DNA of 64,000 bases, taken from the NCBI GenBank assembly GCA_964016885.1, contig OZ024745.1:92380001-92444000 (forward strand), in the 5' to 3' direction. A program made the translations under genes and the position numbers. The notes below the pieces were generated by a model that was given only the letters and a program-made list of their open reading frames with translations, had not been told where the DNA came from and made no database searches. This document shows, piece by piece, positions 1 through 10,932 of the stretch (the first letter of the stretch is position 1; each line of letters opens with the position of its first letter). The DNA is from Eledone cirrhosa (Eukaryota).

Positions 1-270
1 TTTTTCTGCTTTAACTAAACAGGTTTAAATAATTAAGTAGAAATTCCCTTGTTGATACTATGGTTCACAGTAGTTCAGTCACCTTAGAGAGTTGGTTGAT
101 GAAGGTAAAGAGAAAAACTAGAACAGACAAATGCAGAATCTTCCATTATTACCATTATTGTTGTCACTATGTTGTAAGGGGAAGATGGTAGCCTTACCTA
201 CCTCACGAGTCCTCTCTTATTATCAATCTTGTCCAGAACCTCACCTACCTCATGGGTCTTTTCCCTTCAA

Positions 271-620
271 AATTATCCCCCTTGTCCCTAATAAAATACT
301 ATTACTCTTCCCTTCAACATTATTCCCCTTGTCCCTAATAAAATACTATTACTCTTCCCTTCAACATTATTCCCCTTGTCCCTAATAAAATACTATTACT
401 CTTCCCTTCAACATTATTCCCCTTGTCCCTAATAAAATACTATTACTCTTCCCTTCAACATTATTCCCCTTATCCCTAATAAAATACTATTACTCTTCCC
501 TTCAACATTATTCCCCTTGTCCCTAATAAAATACTATTACTCTTCCCTTCAACATTATTCCCCTTGTCCCTAATAAAATACTATTACTCTTCCCTTCAAC
601 ATTATTCCCCTTGTCACTAA
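271..620. repeat. 47-bp minisatellite, about 7.5 near-identical copies
   Basis: The unit attattccccttgtccctaataaaatactattactcttcccttcaac recurs with period 47 (e.g. 321 and 368). Confidence 0.95.
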
Positions 621-701
621 ATTAGAAATCATTGTTGTTGTTGTTTTCTTGTTTCTCTCATAAATTCTATCAAAATGTATATTCCATGTTTTTATACTAT
701 A

Positions 702-1784
702 CTAGCAGTGTATCCCGGCGTTGCACGGGTAAGAACATTGGTTACAGCACCTCCAATAAGAAACATTTATTTGTGAGTGCCTGTTAAAAACTCACGAAAA
801 TATACCGACAGGAAACTTGTTTTATTTGGAGAAAATTAAGAAGTTGAAAGTACAGTTTAGCTGTCTACGTGCATTGTTCATAGAAATATTGTTGAGCCCC
901 TTCTTTTCATATTCCTTTGTTTTGGCCTATTGGAGTCAAATGTGAAAGAGAAAGTCACAGGTTAAGTTGGCAGAAGGTTCCAGTGCAATAGCAGTAAGGC
1001 GTAAGCTACTTACCTCAAAAGTTCATTCGCACTCTTTCCATTAAGTTACTCTTTCTCTCTATTCCTGTCAGTGCAGTCCCTTGCGAATTTCTCGCATAGG
1101 CCTGGTGTAGATTTGCACCCGATCCATCTGCCTGATGCACATGTCCGCTTTGTACCGCTTTTGGAGGAAGGAGTGACCAGCAGTACGTTGTTTGGTATTA
1201 TTACGAAAAGGTGTAGCAGAGAATCCCGCGTGAACTAACAGCTCGGGAGGAAACTGCTTACCTCGAAGATTCATTCACCATCGTTCTTGTCAACGCTCCG
1301 TTTAGTTAGTATTTGTTGGTCTACAGTTAGATGAATTGGCAACTGGGCTGGCTTGCCTCACTTATATTATATATTAAAATAACAGATTAAAGTTTAAGCA
1401 AAGAATCGCTGCTTTCACCCTTAACGGGATCTTCTGAAACTAAAAAATTCAATCTGTGAACGCAGAAGTAAATATTTTGAAAAACATATATACATATATA
1501 CACACACACACATATAACATCATAATGTCGTAATGCAGACAGCCAGACATACAGACAGATATTATAAGGGCGCAACGTTATATCTATGTACCTATCTAAA
1601 AAGAAAGACGAAGAATTATAGAGAGAGATCGCTAAATCGCCTAATGCGGTCCCTAGGGCATCGAAAATTTGAAATATATAAATACAAGTTTGAAGTCAAT
1701 CGGAATAGAAATGTGGATTTGTATAGACTTTGCAAAAATGAGGACACACACACAGACAACTACAGTTATATATATATGTATAGA
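702..1784 (-). mobile_element. Non-autonomous Helitron
   Basis: On the minus strand it starts TC(tatacatatatata) at 1784 and ends with hairpin cccgtgcaacgccggg...CTAG at 702. It lies between A and T with no TSD. The internal ~1360-1700 is the reverse complement of ~18930-19290. Confidence 0.85.
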
Positions 1785-1809
1785 TTACACTTACACTCCC
1801 AAAAGTCAG

Positions 1810-2050
1810 CTCCAAAGTAACACAGAGGAGACTGAGGTTAGCTGGATATGCTCACCAACATTCAGAGTTAACACTGCACTCAGTGCTCTTGTGGGAGCCC
1901 CTACATGGACACAGTAGAAGAGGGAGACCGAGGTTGACATATATTGATGTCCTAAGGTCAGACACTGTTCTCTGGGAGATGCAGGACATGGCAGCAATGA
2001 TGAAGGACAGAGACCGCTGGAGAGAACTTGTCCATGGATTTTACCTGCCC
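1810..2050 (+). mobile_element. RTE-type LINE 3' fragment (decayed)
   Basis: The translation LLWEPLHGHSRRGRPRLTYID...MKDRDRWRE matches the RTE C-terminal RxRGRP...DRxxWR pattern. Confidence 0.65.
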
Positions 2051-2139
2051 TACACTCGTTTTTTTTTTTTATTTCAGGTGCTTCCACCGAAGTAACTCAA
2101 CAGTCACAGAAGAATGGATCTAAAGAAGTCAGTGAAAAG

Positions 2140-2330
2140 GGGTCAGAAGAGGACATAAAGGATGTAGATAAAACAGGTATTTATGAATCTTTGAAAGAAT
2201 TCTTTTCTGACAATTTTTTTCATTTTTTTACTTTTTACTTTATGGCTTTGTATCACAGCTAGATATTTATATGCTTCACCTCTTTCCAGCGACATCATTC
2301 TTTCACTGATTGGTTGTTCAATTCCACCAC
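2140..2330 (-). mobile_element. Non-LTR retrotransposon RT fragment (possibly R4/Dong-like)
   Basis: Minus-strand peptide LERGEAYKYLAVIQ...MKKIVRKEFFQR resembles the YKYLG thumb region. Confidence 0.4.
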
Positions 2331-2339
2331 ACATTACCA

Positions 2340-2720
2340 TCTCTCCCCATTTCATCCTTTCGGGGTCAATAAAATAAAGTACCAGTCATGCATTGGGGTT
2401 GATTTAATCGAATTTCCCCCTGCTCTTCAAATTACTGCCCTTGTGCCTAAATCCAAAATCATCATCATTATCACTATTATTATTCTTGTTGTTGTTGAGG
2501 GTGGTGGATTGGCAGTAATCGGTAGAGCGTCAGACACCCTGCTTCACAGTATAGAGTTATCTCTCTTTACATTATGAGTTCAAATCCTGCTGAGGTTAGC
2601 TTTGCCTTTCATCCTGACAAGGTAGATAAAATAAAGTACCAGTAGCACACTGGAGTCGAATTAATCGACTTTCCCTCCCCCAAAATTGTTGGCCTTTTGC
2701 CTAAATCAGAAACTATTATC
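2340..2720 (+). mobile_element. Two copies of the abundant tRNA-derived SINE (family A)
   Basis: A-box-like tggcagtaatcggtagagcg, B-box gagttcaaatcc, core cctttcatcct...ataaaataaagtaccagt...actggggtcgatttaatcga, and an (ATT/ATC)n tail. Confidence 0.8.
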
Positions 2721-2734
2721 ATCATCATAATCAT

Positions 2735-2975
2735 TATTGTTGTTCTTGTTGTTAGGATGTTGTTATCGCTGTTGTTGTTATTGTGATCGTCGCTGTCGTT
2801 GTTGTTGTTATTGTCGTTGTTGTTGTTATTGTCGTTGTTTTTGTTGTTGTTGTTGTTGTTGTCGTTATTGTTGTTATTGTTGTTGTTGTTGTCGTTATTG
2901 TCGTCGTCGTTGTTGTTATTGTTGTCGTTGTTATTGTCGTCGTTGTTGTTGTTGTTGGTGTTAGGATGTTGTTGA
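2735..2975. repeat. (GTT/GTC/ATT)n trinucleotide microsatellite
   Basis: Direct inspection. It explains the poly-N/T/V/C ORFs in the track. Confidence 0.95.
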
Positions 2976-3295
2976 TTTGATACAAGACAAAGAACTGAGT
3001 GATGACCCAAATGTTATTGTTTTCCTGTTGTCATACTGCTACCTCCATCATTACTTACCCAGTGACATTTGAGAGGCAAGCTCTTTCAACCTACCAACGT
3101 CATTCACTATCTTCATTGCAACCTAGTATTGTTACACTTTCAAAGTACCATTACTAAGTGTAAGGGAATTTAAAAGGAACACTTGACCTTCCATGTAATG
3201 ATTGCAACAGTAATATTTGCAAACCCAAAAATACTCTTTTCTTTGTTAATTTGGTTCCATTTCTCAGAGATTTTGCTACATATTCCTTTTTTTCT

Positions 3296-3333
3296 TCATC
3301 ATCATCATTATCATTATCATCGTCATCATGGCC

Positions 3334-3365
<32 letters not shown>

Positions 3366-3805
3366 GGACACCACCATCATCATCATCATCATTGTCGTCG
3401 TTTAATGTCCATCTTCCATGCGGGCATGGGTAGGACGGGCTATTCCTTTGTGAGGGATCAGGTCAGGGGACCGTGATTTGCTCACACAGAATTGATTTGG
3501 GTTTGGTTTCTATGGCTGGATGCCCTTCCTAACACCAACCACATTTATAGTAGGGGTGCTTTTTGTCGTATCACCTACATGAGCACTTTACAGCATGGAC
3601 TGGGTGCTTTTTGCCGTGTCACCTACGTGACCATTTTACAGTGTGTACTGGGTGCTTTTTGCCGTGACACCTACATAACTACTTTACAGTGTGGACTGGG
3701 TGCTTTTTGTCATGACACCTACATAACCACTTTACAGTGTGGACTGGGTGCTTTTTGTCATGACACCTACATAACCACTTTACAGTGTGGACTGGGTGCT
3801 TATAG
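3296..3805 (-). mobile_element. RTE 3'-UTR-derived element with (TGA)n tail and an expanded internal 48-bp minisatellite
   Basis: Shares ggatgcccttcctaacaccaacc and the (CAT)n tail with the RTE at 5998-9385. The 48-bp unit actttacagtgtggactgggtgctttttgtcatgacacctacataacc is repeated about 5-6 times at 3545-3800. Confidence 0.8.
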
Positions 3806-4444
3806 TGTCATTTCTTTAAATAAACTGTGACATGTGGAATAAAGTGTCTTGCCTTGATGAAACACACTAAATCACCTCACAGTGGATTTTAACTGATTAC
3901 CTATGAACAGTTAATCCTATATATTATCTATTAATTTATTCTGTTTCAACAAATATCAATCTAACAATGAAGTTGTTGATGTTGTTGTTCTACTCCTGTA
4001 ATACAGCTAGTGTTGGTGCCCCACCCCCTACCAAATGCTCCCAGTACATGCTGTGAAGTAGTTGTCACACAGCCATAGAAAGCCAAGCCAAAGTAGAACA
4101 ACATTGCAACTCATCTTACAATACAAGCATGGACGATAGACGTTAAATGGTGATGATGACGATCTCTGTGGGACTGTCAAAGATTTTATCTTCATGTAGT
4201 TTACATCTAAGACAACAGATTTCATTTGACTCCAAGTCAAAACTTCCACAATGGAAGTTGAACTTAGTAATACAAATCAACAAAGTCCTTGCAAGCTAAA
4301 GAAATAACTTCTATATGAGTTGAAAACAGTGAAAATATTTACAAAACACAAATACTCTATACATCTCTGTAAAACTATCAAACATTTTAAAACTATCAAA
4401 CATTTTATCTACATATAGTTTACATCTAAGGCTACAAATATCAT

Positions 4445-4782
4445 TTAACCCTTTTGATACCAAGCTGAAACCAGCTCTGGTTTCCTGAAACAAAATAATC
4501 CATTTTAAAGGGTTCCTATTTAAATTTACCAAAATAATTTTATGAGAACCTTTTGTTAAGTTACAATCTTAATAATGAAATGATTAATAATTGTTTCTAC
4601 TTTTCACACAAGGCCAGCAATTACCCCAGTGTATTACTGGTGCTTTATTTTATCGACCCCATAAGGATGAAAAGCAAAGTTAACCTCGGCAGAATATTAG
4701 TAAATAGTAAACCCCTCAACATTTTCATTAATTAAATGAAATAGAATGTATTTCATTAGAAGTATGATAATGAAATGGTTAA
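4445..4782. mobile_element. piggyBac-like MITE family 2 with a nested SINE fragment
   Basis: TTAA-CCCTTTTGATACC...TAATGAAATGG-TTAA termini. Related copies are at ~33771-34006, ~42903-43098 and ~48166-48420. A minus-strand SINE A piece lies at ~4590-4690. Confidence 0.6.
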
Positions 4783-5997
4783 CTCCAAGCCATAATTGCC
4801 ACAAGAGGAGTTGAACTTAGGAATGCAAACTAACAAAACACTTAAGTTGCTTCACCTGTTAAAAGATCAGCTAAATCTCCCTTAAATCTCAATTTGCCAT
4901 CTTAAATAAAAGCACATGTATTGATAATGTACATATTGTATTTCACAAAAAAATAGTCATAGCTTGAACACCTGTGATCACAGATCTGTGCTTGATCAGG
5001 GCTAATGCTGGATTAATGAACAGCAATGAAACAGTTGTCAAGTTAGCATCATCTCATTTAATGTAGCAAGTGGAGAAATCTAATTAATTAAAAATACTTA
5101 TGTGCTGATGAGAAGAAAACACTCAATGAATGACTAATATTATTTTAATCTAATTTTAGAAAGTAGGAGCAAAAACTCCAGACAAAGGTCATGAAGTTGT
5201 AGAAACATTCAAGTTACTTAACACCTTGAAATTGTAGAGATATTAAAGTTACTAACATCTTGAAATATTTAGTTTTATTTCTCAGCATTTTTTAGTTCAG
5301 ACCCAACCCTACCAGAACCAACTTTGAGTCTCTTACTTCTATGTTTGATCAAATATGTACTAGGTATATAGTGAGGTATTTACAATCAACTATACTTCAC
5401 CTTAAGGCAGTGAATTGGCAGTCATTAGAGTGTCAGATTAAAAATGCTTTGCTATTTGAAATCCTGCCAAGGTCAATTTTGCCTTTTGTCCTTTTGAAGC
5501 TGATCAATAAAGTACCAGTCCAGTACTGGAATCAATTCTACTTCTCTCTTTCTTTCTCTGGAAGAAATTGGTTGTGTTCCAGCTTGGAGAAGGATAGGCT
5601 CCACCAGGTTTAAAATACTCAAGACATTCTGTATGTCAGGATAGTGCCTCTATGACTCCTTCAGAAATTACCTTACCATCTATAAATTTGTTTCTTTGTT
5701 CCAATACAAGAAACTTTAATATACAGTATTTCTACAGCTTCCATGAATGAAGTGGGTCACTTTGTTATCTATTTACAGTTAAACAGACTGGGGCATTTGA
5801 GAGTTTACTGTCTTATCTATGACCACAGTGCAGCCCTGGCAACAATATATAAGCCACTGATTCCTTGGATTAATCTTCCCTACCTACATTTTGAATCATA
5901 GATTCGGGACTACAGCTCTTATCTAGCTGTACACATACATATAGAATCAACGTTTATATATTTATATTCCATAAGAAACCATCAGATCACACTGATA

Positions 5998-8900
5998 TCA
6001 TCATCATCATCATCATCACCGTTTTACATCCGTTCTTCCACGCTAGCATGGGTTAGACGGGTTGTCCTGTTGTGGGCAGTGTCTGGTCGGCTGACCATGC
6101 CTTGCTCATACAGGAACTGATCTGGCTTGATTTCTACAGCTGGATGCCCTTCCTAACACCAACCTCATTTACAGTGAGTGCTGGGTGCTTTTTCGTGGCG
6201 CCTACACGTCCACTTTACAGTGTGGGCTGGGTGCTTTTTTGCCGTGGCACCTCCACGACCACCTTGCGGTGGGGGGGGGGGGGGGCATATTGTTTATATG
6301 CTTCAGCATGTACCCATGGGAGGTTGGGTACCCTGTATTACTGCGTGACGCCAGAAGTCACGGTCGTGTGTCATTGACTTTGAGAGGTGTAGTTGGGTAA
6401 GGTCGGCTTTTATCACCTCATCCCAAGTCATCTTGGGTCTCCCCACTCCGCGGTTTCCATCAACTTCTAGTGCTCTGCACCTTTTTATGCAGCTGTCATC
6501 CTTCATACGCATCACATGTCCATACCAGCGTAACCGCCTCTCCTGCACGCAGCATTTGATTCCTCTTATGCTCAGTCTCTCTCTCAATTCCTTTATGCTT
6601 TGTCGTTCACGTATATTACTGTTACACATCCATCGGAGCATGCAGGCTTCGTTTCTCTCTAATCTACGTAAGTCTTCCACCTTCAGCGCCCAGGTCTCAC
6701 TACCATGCAACATCGCTGTTCGGATACACGCATCATACAGTCTGCCTTTCATTCTGAGGGAGAAGCCTTTTGCAGCTAGCAGTGGTAGTAGTTCCCTAAA
6801 CTTCTTCCATCCCGTTCTTACCCTAGTTATTGTACTTTCTGAGCACCCACCTCCGTTGCTAATTCGGTCACCTAGGTAGCAGAAGCTGTCTACTGTTTCT
6901 ACAGGGCCCTCCCAGAGATTGGTGGTACTTGTTTCCTGTGGCTGTTTGCTTGCTGTTTCAGCACAGCTGCTGCATGTTAATCCTACATTCTTAATTAAGC
7001 TTCCTGAGATCCCGCTACATCTCTTGTGTACCCATTGTTTGCATTTGGGGCAGAGAATGGAGTTCCTACCTACACCTTTCCTACATACTGAGCAAGGCCA
7101 TTTCCCTGAGGGGATCTGGGTTCTGTTTTCTCGTCTACTTATAAGGACCTTAGTCTTTGTCATGTTGACTTTGAGGCCCTTTCTCTCTAGTCCCTGCTTC
7201 CAGGTTTGGAATTTATTCTCTAGTTCTACCATAGATTCAGCTATGAGTGCGAGGTCATCAGCATACAGGAGTTCCCATGGGCATCCGGTCTTAAACTCCT
7301 CCGTTATTGCCTGCAGGACTATGATGAACAGGAGAGGGCTAAGAACAGAGCCCTGGTGGACCCCAACCTGTACGCTAAATTCCTCGCTATACTCATTGCC
7401 AATCCTAACTTTGCTGACTGCTCCCCTATACATGGCTTGTACCGCTTTCACAAGCCATTCATCTACTCCTAGTTTTCTAAGAGCCCACCAGATTACTGCA
7501 CGTGGAACTCTGTCAAAGGCTTTCTCAAGGTCGACAAATGCCAAGTAGAGTGGCTTACTTTTAGCTAGGTACTTTTCCTGTAATTGCCTCACAAGGAAGA
7601 GGGCATCAGTGGTGCCTTTCCCTGGTACAAACCCAAATTGCATCTCGTCTATATTCACCCGGTCCCTAATCAGCTGTGCTATAACTCTTTCTGTTACTTT
7701 CATGACCTGGTCCATCAACTTTATACCTCTATAGTTTCCTCTATCTAGTGCATCGCCTTTACCTTTGTAGCAGTTGACAATGATGCTACTGCACCAATCT
7801 TTTGGTATGGCCCCCTCTAGTATTACCTGGTTAACGATACGTGTGGTTATAGTGTGACCTACAGACCCAGATGCCTTCAGCATCTCGGCAGCTATACCCG
7901 ATGGACCGGCTGCCTTCCCTATCTTCATATCTCTGATTGCCTTACTTACTACGCTGCCGCTGACTTGTACTGCTGGTCCCTCTATAGGGTCTACGTGGGG
8001 TAGGGTCTCTTCTTCCCATGCATTCTCCTCATTTAGTAATCTATCATAATGACTCTTCCATGCATCTTTCTTCTCAGCACTTGTGAGGGCAAGCTCACCT
8101 TTATCATTCCGGATACACTTCTCTCCAATGACATCACAACTATCTCTGACACACTGCCTCGCAATCTTGAATACCTCCTGTTTCTGGTCCTCACGTTGTA
8201 AAACATGCTTGAATTTTCTATCCTCTGCTTCCCTCCTAGCTAAGTATACTTGTCGCCTAGCTTCCCTCTTGGTCTCTATGTAATGTACCCTGCTCCCCCC
8301 GTTCTTCCATTCTTTCCATGCCTGTCTCTTGGCCTTGACTGCTTCATCTACCTTATTGTTCCACCACCAAGTCACTCTCCTCCTGCTTGAGGTCTTACTC
8401 CAGCCACAAACCTCATCCGTCGCCTCTAGTAAGTTATTTTTTAGGAATTCCCAGTTCTCTTCTACGTTAAATGTCTCTATCTGTTCTTCTTTACTGTCGT
8501 AGGCGTTGAGTAAAATATCTTTAAATCTGTTACTGGTTGAGGGGACTTTCAGCTTCCAGATCTTTCTTCTCCAGGTTGGCCTCTGTTTCAGGGCTCGTCT
8601 AGTTCTGACCGTGAGGTCACTGACAACTAAGCTATGTTGGGATGTACATTCCTCACTAGGGAAGGCTTTTGTGTTTACGACCGTCCATCTGTCACGTCCT
8701 CTGATGAGGATAAAATCTAACTGACTAGAGTGCTCCCCTGATCTATAGGTGATCAGGTGGTTGTCGGGTTTTTTAAAGTTTGTGTTACATATCGACATGT
8801 CATTGGCGTCGCAGAATTCTAGAAGTCTGAATCCTTCCTCATTCCTTGTGCCAACTCCATGGCCTCCATGTACTCTATTGAAGCCGTCGCAGTGTTTACC

Positions 8901-9385
8901 TACGTGTCCGTTAAAATCTCCTGCAATGATTAGGAAGTCCTTGTCGTCTGTTAGAGCAGTAGTGTGTATTAGGGACTCGTAAAACCCATCCTTAAGTTCG
9001 TCTGGCAGCCCCGATTGGGGTGCGTAAGCTGATATTATTGTGGTAATTGTCTTATTCAGGACTAGTCTGAGTTTAATGATTCTTGCATTTACCCTGTACA
9101 CTGAGATTACTTTATCTACCCACTTGTCAGCTAATAGTATACCTACACCACCCATCCCATCGTCATTTCCCACCCAGAAAAATTTGTAGCACTGGCTTTT
9201 TCCTACAAGGACTCTAGCAGACCCTCCTCTCCATCTAGTCTCTTGCACACAGCATACATCAACTTCCTTTCGCTCTAGCATTTCTACGATTTCTCCTGCT
9301 CTTCCTTTCATTGAGCCTACATTGATGGTACCAACTCGGAGTTTTTTTCATTGAGCCTACATTGATGGTACCAACTCGGAGTTTT
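5998..9385 (-). mobile_element. RTE-clade LINE, 5'-truncated at the start of the endonuclease, with (TGA)n 3' tail
   Basis: Single EN+RT ORF, a 3' UTR shared with many truncated copies in the window, and the tail read as tcatcatca... at 5998-6018. Confidence 0.95.
6303..9311 (-). CDS. RTE LINE ORF: APE endonuclease + reverse transcriptase with PHD-like zinc finger (1002 aa, uninterrupted)
   Basis: EN motifs CVQETRW, SAYAPQ, AGDFNGHVG, LDFIL. RT motifs YRGIKL, QFGF, DLEKAFD, GVHQGSVLSPLLF, LYADD, FCYLG. The upstream in-frame KLRVGTINVGS supplies the first EN motif. Confidence 0.95.
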   Translation of the reverse strand: MKGRAGEIVEMLERKEVDVCCVQETRWRGGSARVLVGKSQCYKFFWVGNDDGMGGVGILLADKWVDKVISVYRVNARIIKLRLVLNKTITTIISAYAPQSGLPDELKDGFYESLIHTTALTDDKDFLIIAGDFNGHVGKHCDGFNRVHGGHGVGTRNEEGFRLLEFCDANDMSICNTNFKKPDNHLITYRSGEHSSQLDFILIRGRDRWTVVNTKAFPSEECTSQHSLVVSDLTVRTRRALKQRPTWRRKIWKLKVPSTSNRFKDILLNAYDSKEEQIETFNVEENWEFLKNNLLEATDEVCGWSKTSSRRRVTWWWNNKVDEAVKAKRQAWKEWKNGGSRVHYIETKREARRQVYLARREAEDRKFKHVLQREDQKQEVFKIARQCVRDSCDVIGEKCIRNDKGELALTSAEKKDAWKSHYDRLLNEENAWEEETLPHVDPIEGPAVQVSGSVVSKAIRDMKIGKAAGPSGIAAEMLKASGSVGHTITTRIVNQVILEGAIPKDWCSSIIVNCYKGKGDALDRGNYRGIKLMDQVMKVTERVIAQLIRDRVNIDEMQFGFVPGKGTTDALFLVRQLQEKYLAKSKPLYLAFVDLEKAFDRVPRAVIWWALRKLGVDEWLVKAVQAMYRGAVSKVRIGNEYSEEFSVQVGVHQGSVLSPLLFIIVLQAITEEFKTGCPWELLYADDLALIAESMVELENKFQTWKQGLERKGLKVNMTKTKVLISRRENRTQIPSGKWPCSVCRKGVGRNSILCPKCKQWVHKRCSGISGSLIKNVGLTCSSCAETASKQPQETSTTNLWEGPVETVDSFCYLGDRISNGGGCSESTITRVRTGWKKFRELLPLLAAKGFSLRMKGRLYDACIRTAMLHGSETWALKVEDLRRLERNEACMLRWMCNSNIRERQSIKELRERLSIRGIKCCVQERRLRWYGHVMRMKDDSCIKRCRALEVDGNRGVGRPKMTWDEVIKADLTQLHLSKSMTHDRDFWRHAVIQGTQPPMGTC

Positions 9386-9904
9386 AATTGATAGTTTTAA
9401 TTGATAGGGGATATTAAATATAGGGCAAGTATTATTGATGAAAATGTGACAGCAAATATAAATATTCCACAAATAGAACATCTGTTCATGAATATGTTAT
9501 TCAAATATCTGATGAATATTGAAATGATTTAGAATCTAGGTTCAACTAACATTGGTTCCAGTATTGTTGGAGATTCTGTCTTTTATTGTAAACTATAGTT
9601 CTACTATTTAATAGACTCAACTGGCATTGTTTTGAAATCCCACTGGTCAACTTTGCTTTTCATCCTTCTGGAATCGATGAAATAAAATACCAGTCAAGAA
9701 CTGGGGTTAATTTAATCAACTTTACCCTTTCCCCAAAAAAGTTTGCTGGCCTTCTGCCTAAATTACAGAGCAATAATATATTAATGTTGATTAACTAAGT
9801 TTTCTCTCCTCTAAAATATTGGTTTTCTGTTTTATAAAACAATATTGATAATTCTTTTGAAACTTTTGGTGTTTAATGATATTATTCCCTTTTTTTTATA
9901 ACAG

Positions 9905-10072
9905 GAAGTTTAAGAAAAAAAGCATGGTTAAAACGCAAACCAAGTGATCAAAAGTCCCCAAAGTCTAAGAAAAAAGGTAAAGAAAATAAAAAGAAAGGTT
10001 CACAGGATAAACTTTCTATCACGACAGAGGAACCAGAAAAAGAAGAAGTATCTCACAGACTTTCAAGAATTG
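9905..10072 (+). CDS. Host gene internal exon A (Lys-rich: SLRKKAWLKRKPSDQKSPKSKKKGKENKKKGSQDKLSITTEEPEKEEVSHRLSRI)
   Basis: Polypyrimidine tract + acag acceptor, G|gtaagt donor, 168 nt, phase 1-1, open frame. It joins exon B in frame (G+AA = Glu). Confidence 0.75.
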
Positions 10073-10264
10073 GTAAGTAGAAGAAATAATTTCCAGAAAT
10101 ATCTTTATTTAAAGCCGTGATGTTCAAGGTGGTCCAGGTGGACCACACACTGTGAGTCCATAACAAAGGATTAGTGATCCACAGCAAGTTTCATAAGGAA
10201 GTCGCTAATGTTTTACATAAGACAGTCTAAAATCCAAATCAATTTAAAGTAAATTTACATGTAT

Positions 10265-10432
10265 ATAAATGTGGTTGGTGTTAGGAAGGGCATCCACTGT
10301 AGAAACCAAGCCGAAAGCAGTTCTTTATAAGCAAGGCATTGTCACCTGACCTGGCATTTCTCACAACAAGACAACTCGTATAACCTATGCAAGCACGGAA
10401 AAACAGTGAGGATGATGATGATGATGATGATA
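10265..10432 (+). mobile_element. RTE 3'-end fragment with (GAT)n tail
   Basis: ggttggtgttaggaagggcatcc...gatgatgatg, the reverse complement of the RTE 3' UTR motif. Confidence 0.7.
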
Positions 10433-10932
10433 CAGTGCATTCCATCAATATCCCAGTTTTCAGAAAAGATACACTGTGTTCCTGTGTGTTGTGCAAGGTA
10501 ACTAAAAGGTTTAGGGCCAGGAAGGACATCTGGCTAGAAAATATTGTCTCAAATCACTTATTTGTTTCTTTTACGCTGTTAGTTTTTTTAAATAATTTCA
10601 TTTTGGTAAATTAGCAAAGAGTGCCCCATCTAACCCTTGCTAGCAGGGAAAGTGGACATTAAAACAACAGTAATGAGGATGATGATGATGTAAATGATCG
10701 TCATTTTATGTCCACTTTCCATGATGGACATAAACATGCCTTGCTCATATGTTCCATATTTTGGTAGAATGCTCAGGCACTTACATATTAATTTCACAAA
10801 CAAGCATATACATTTCTGGAGCACTTGTCAGAAATGATAGAGGTCCAACAACAACAACTAAAACTACAAATGTAAGAACCTTCTGCCTTTAGACACTGGG
10901 TTGTGTTACATTCTAATTTCTGAATTGAATAA

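Noticed and set aside
2609-3010. Poly-Asn/Thr/Val/Cys ORFs
   Set aside because: Trinucleotide microsatellite artefacts.
6433-8982. Plus-strand ORFs overlapping the RTE
   Set aside because: Antisense shadows of the LINE ORF with no recognisable motifs.
5985-9410. Target-site duplication for the RTE
   Set aside because: Only a short tgata match is visible, and the 5' junction is rearranged, so it is not supportable.
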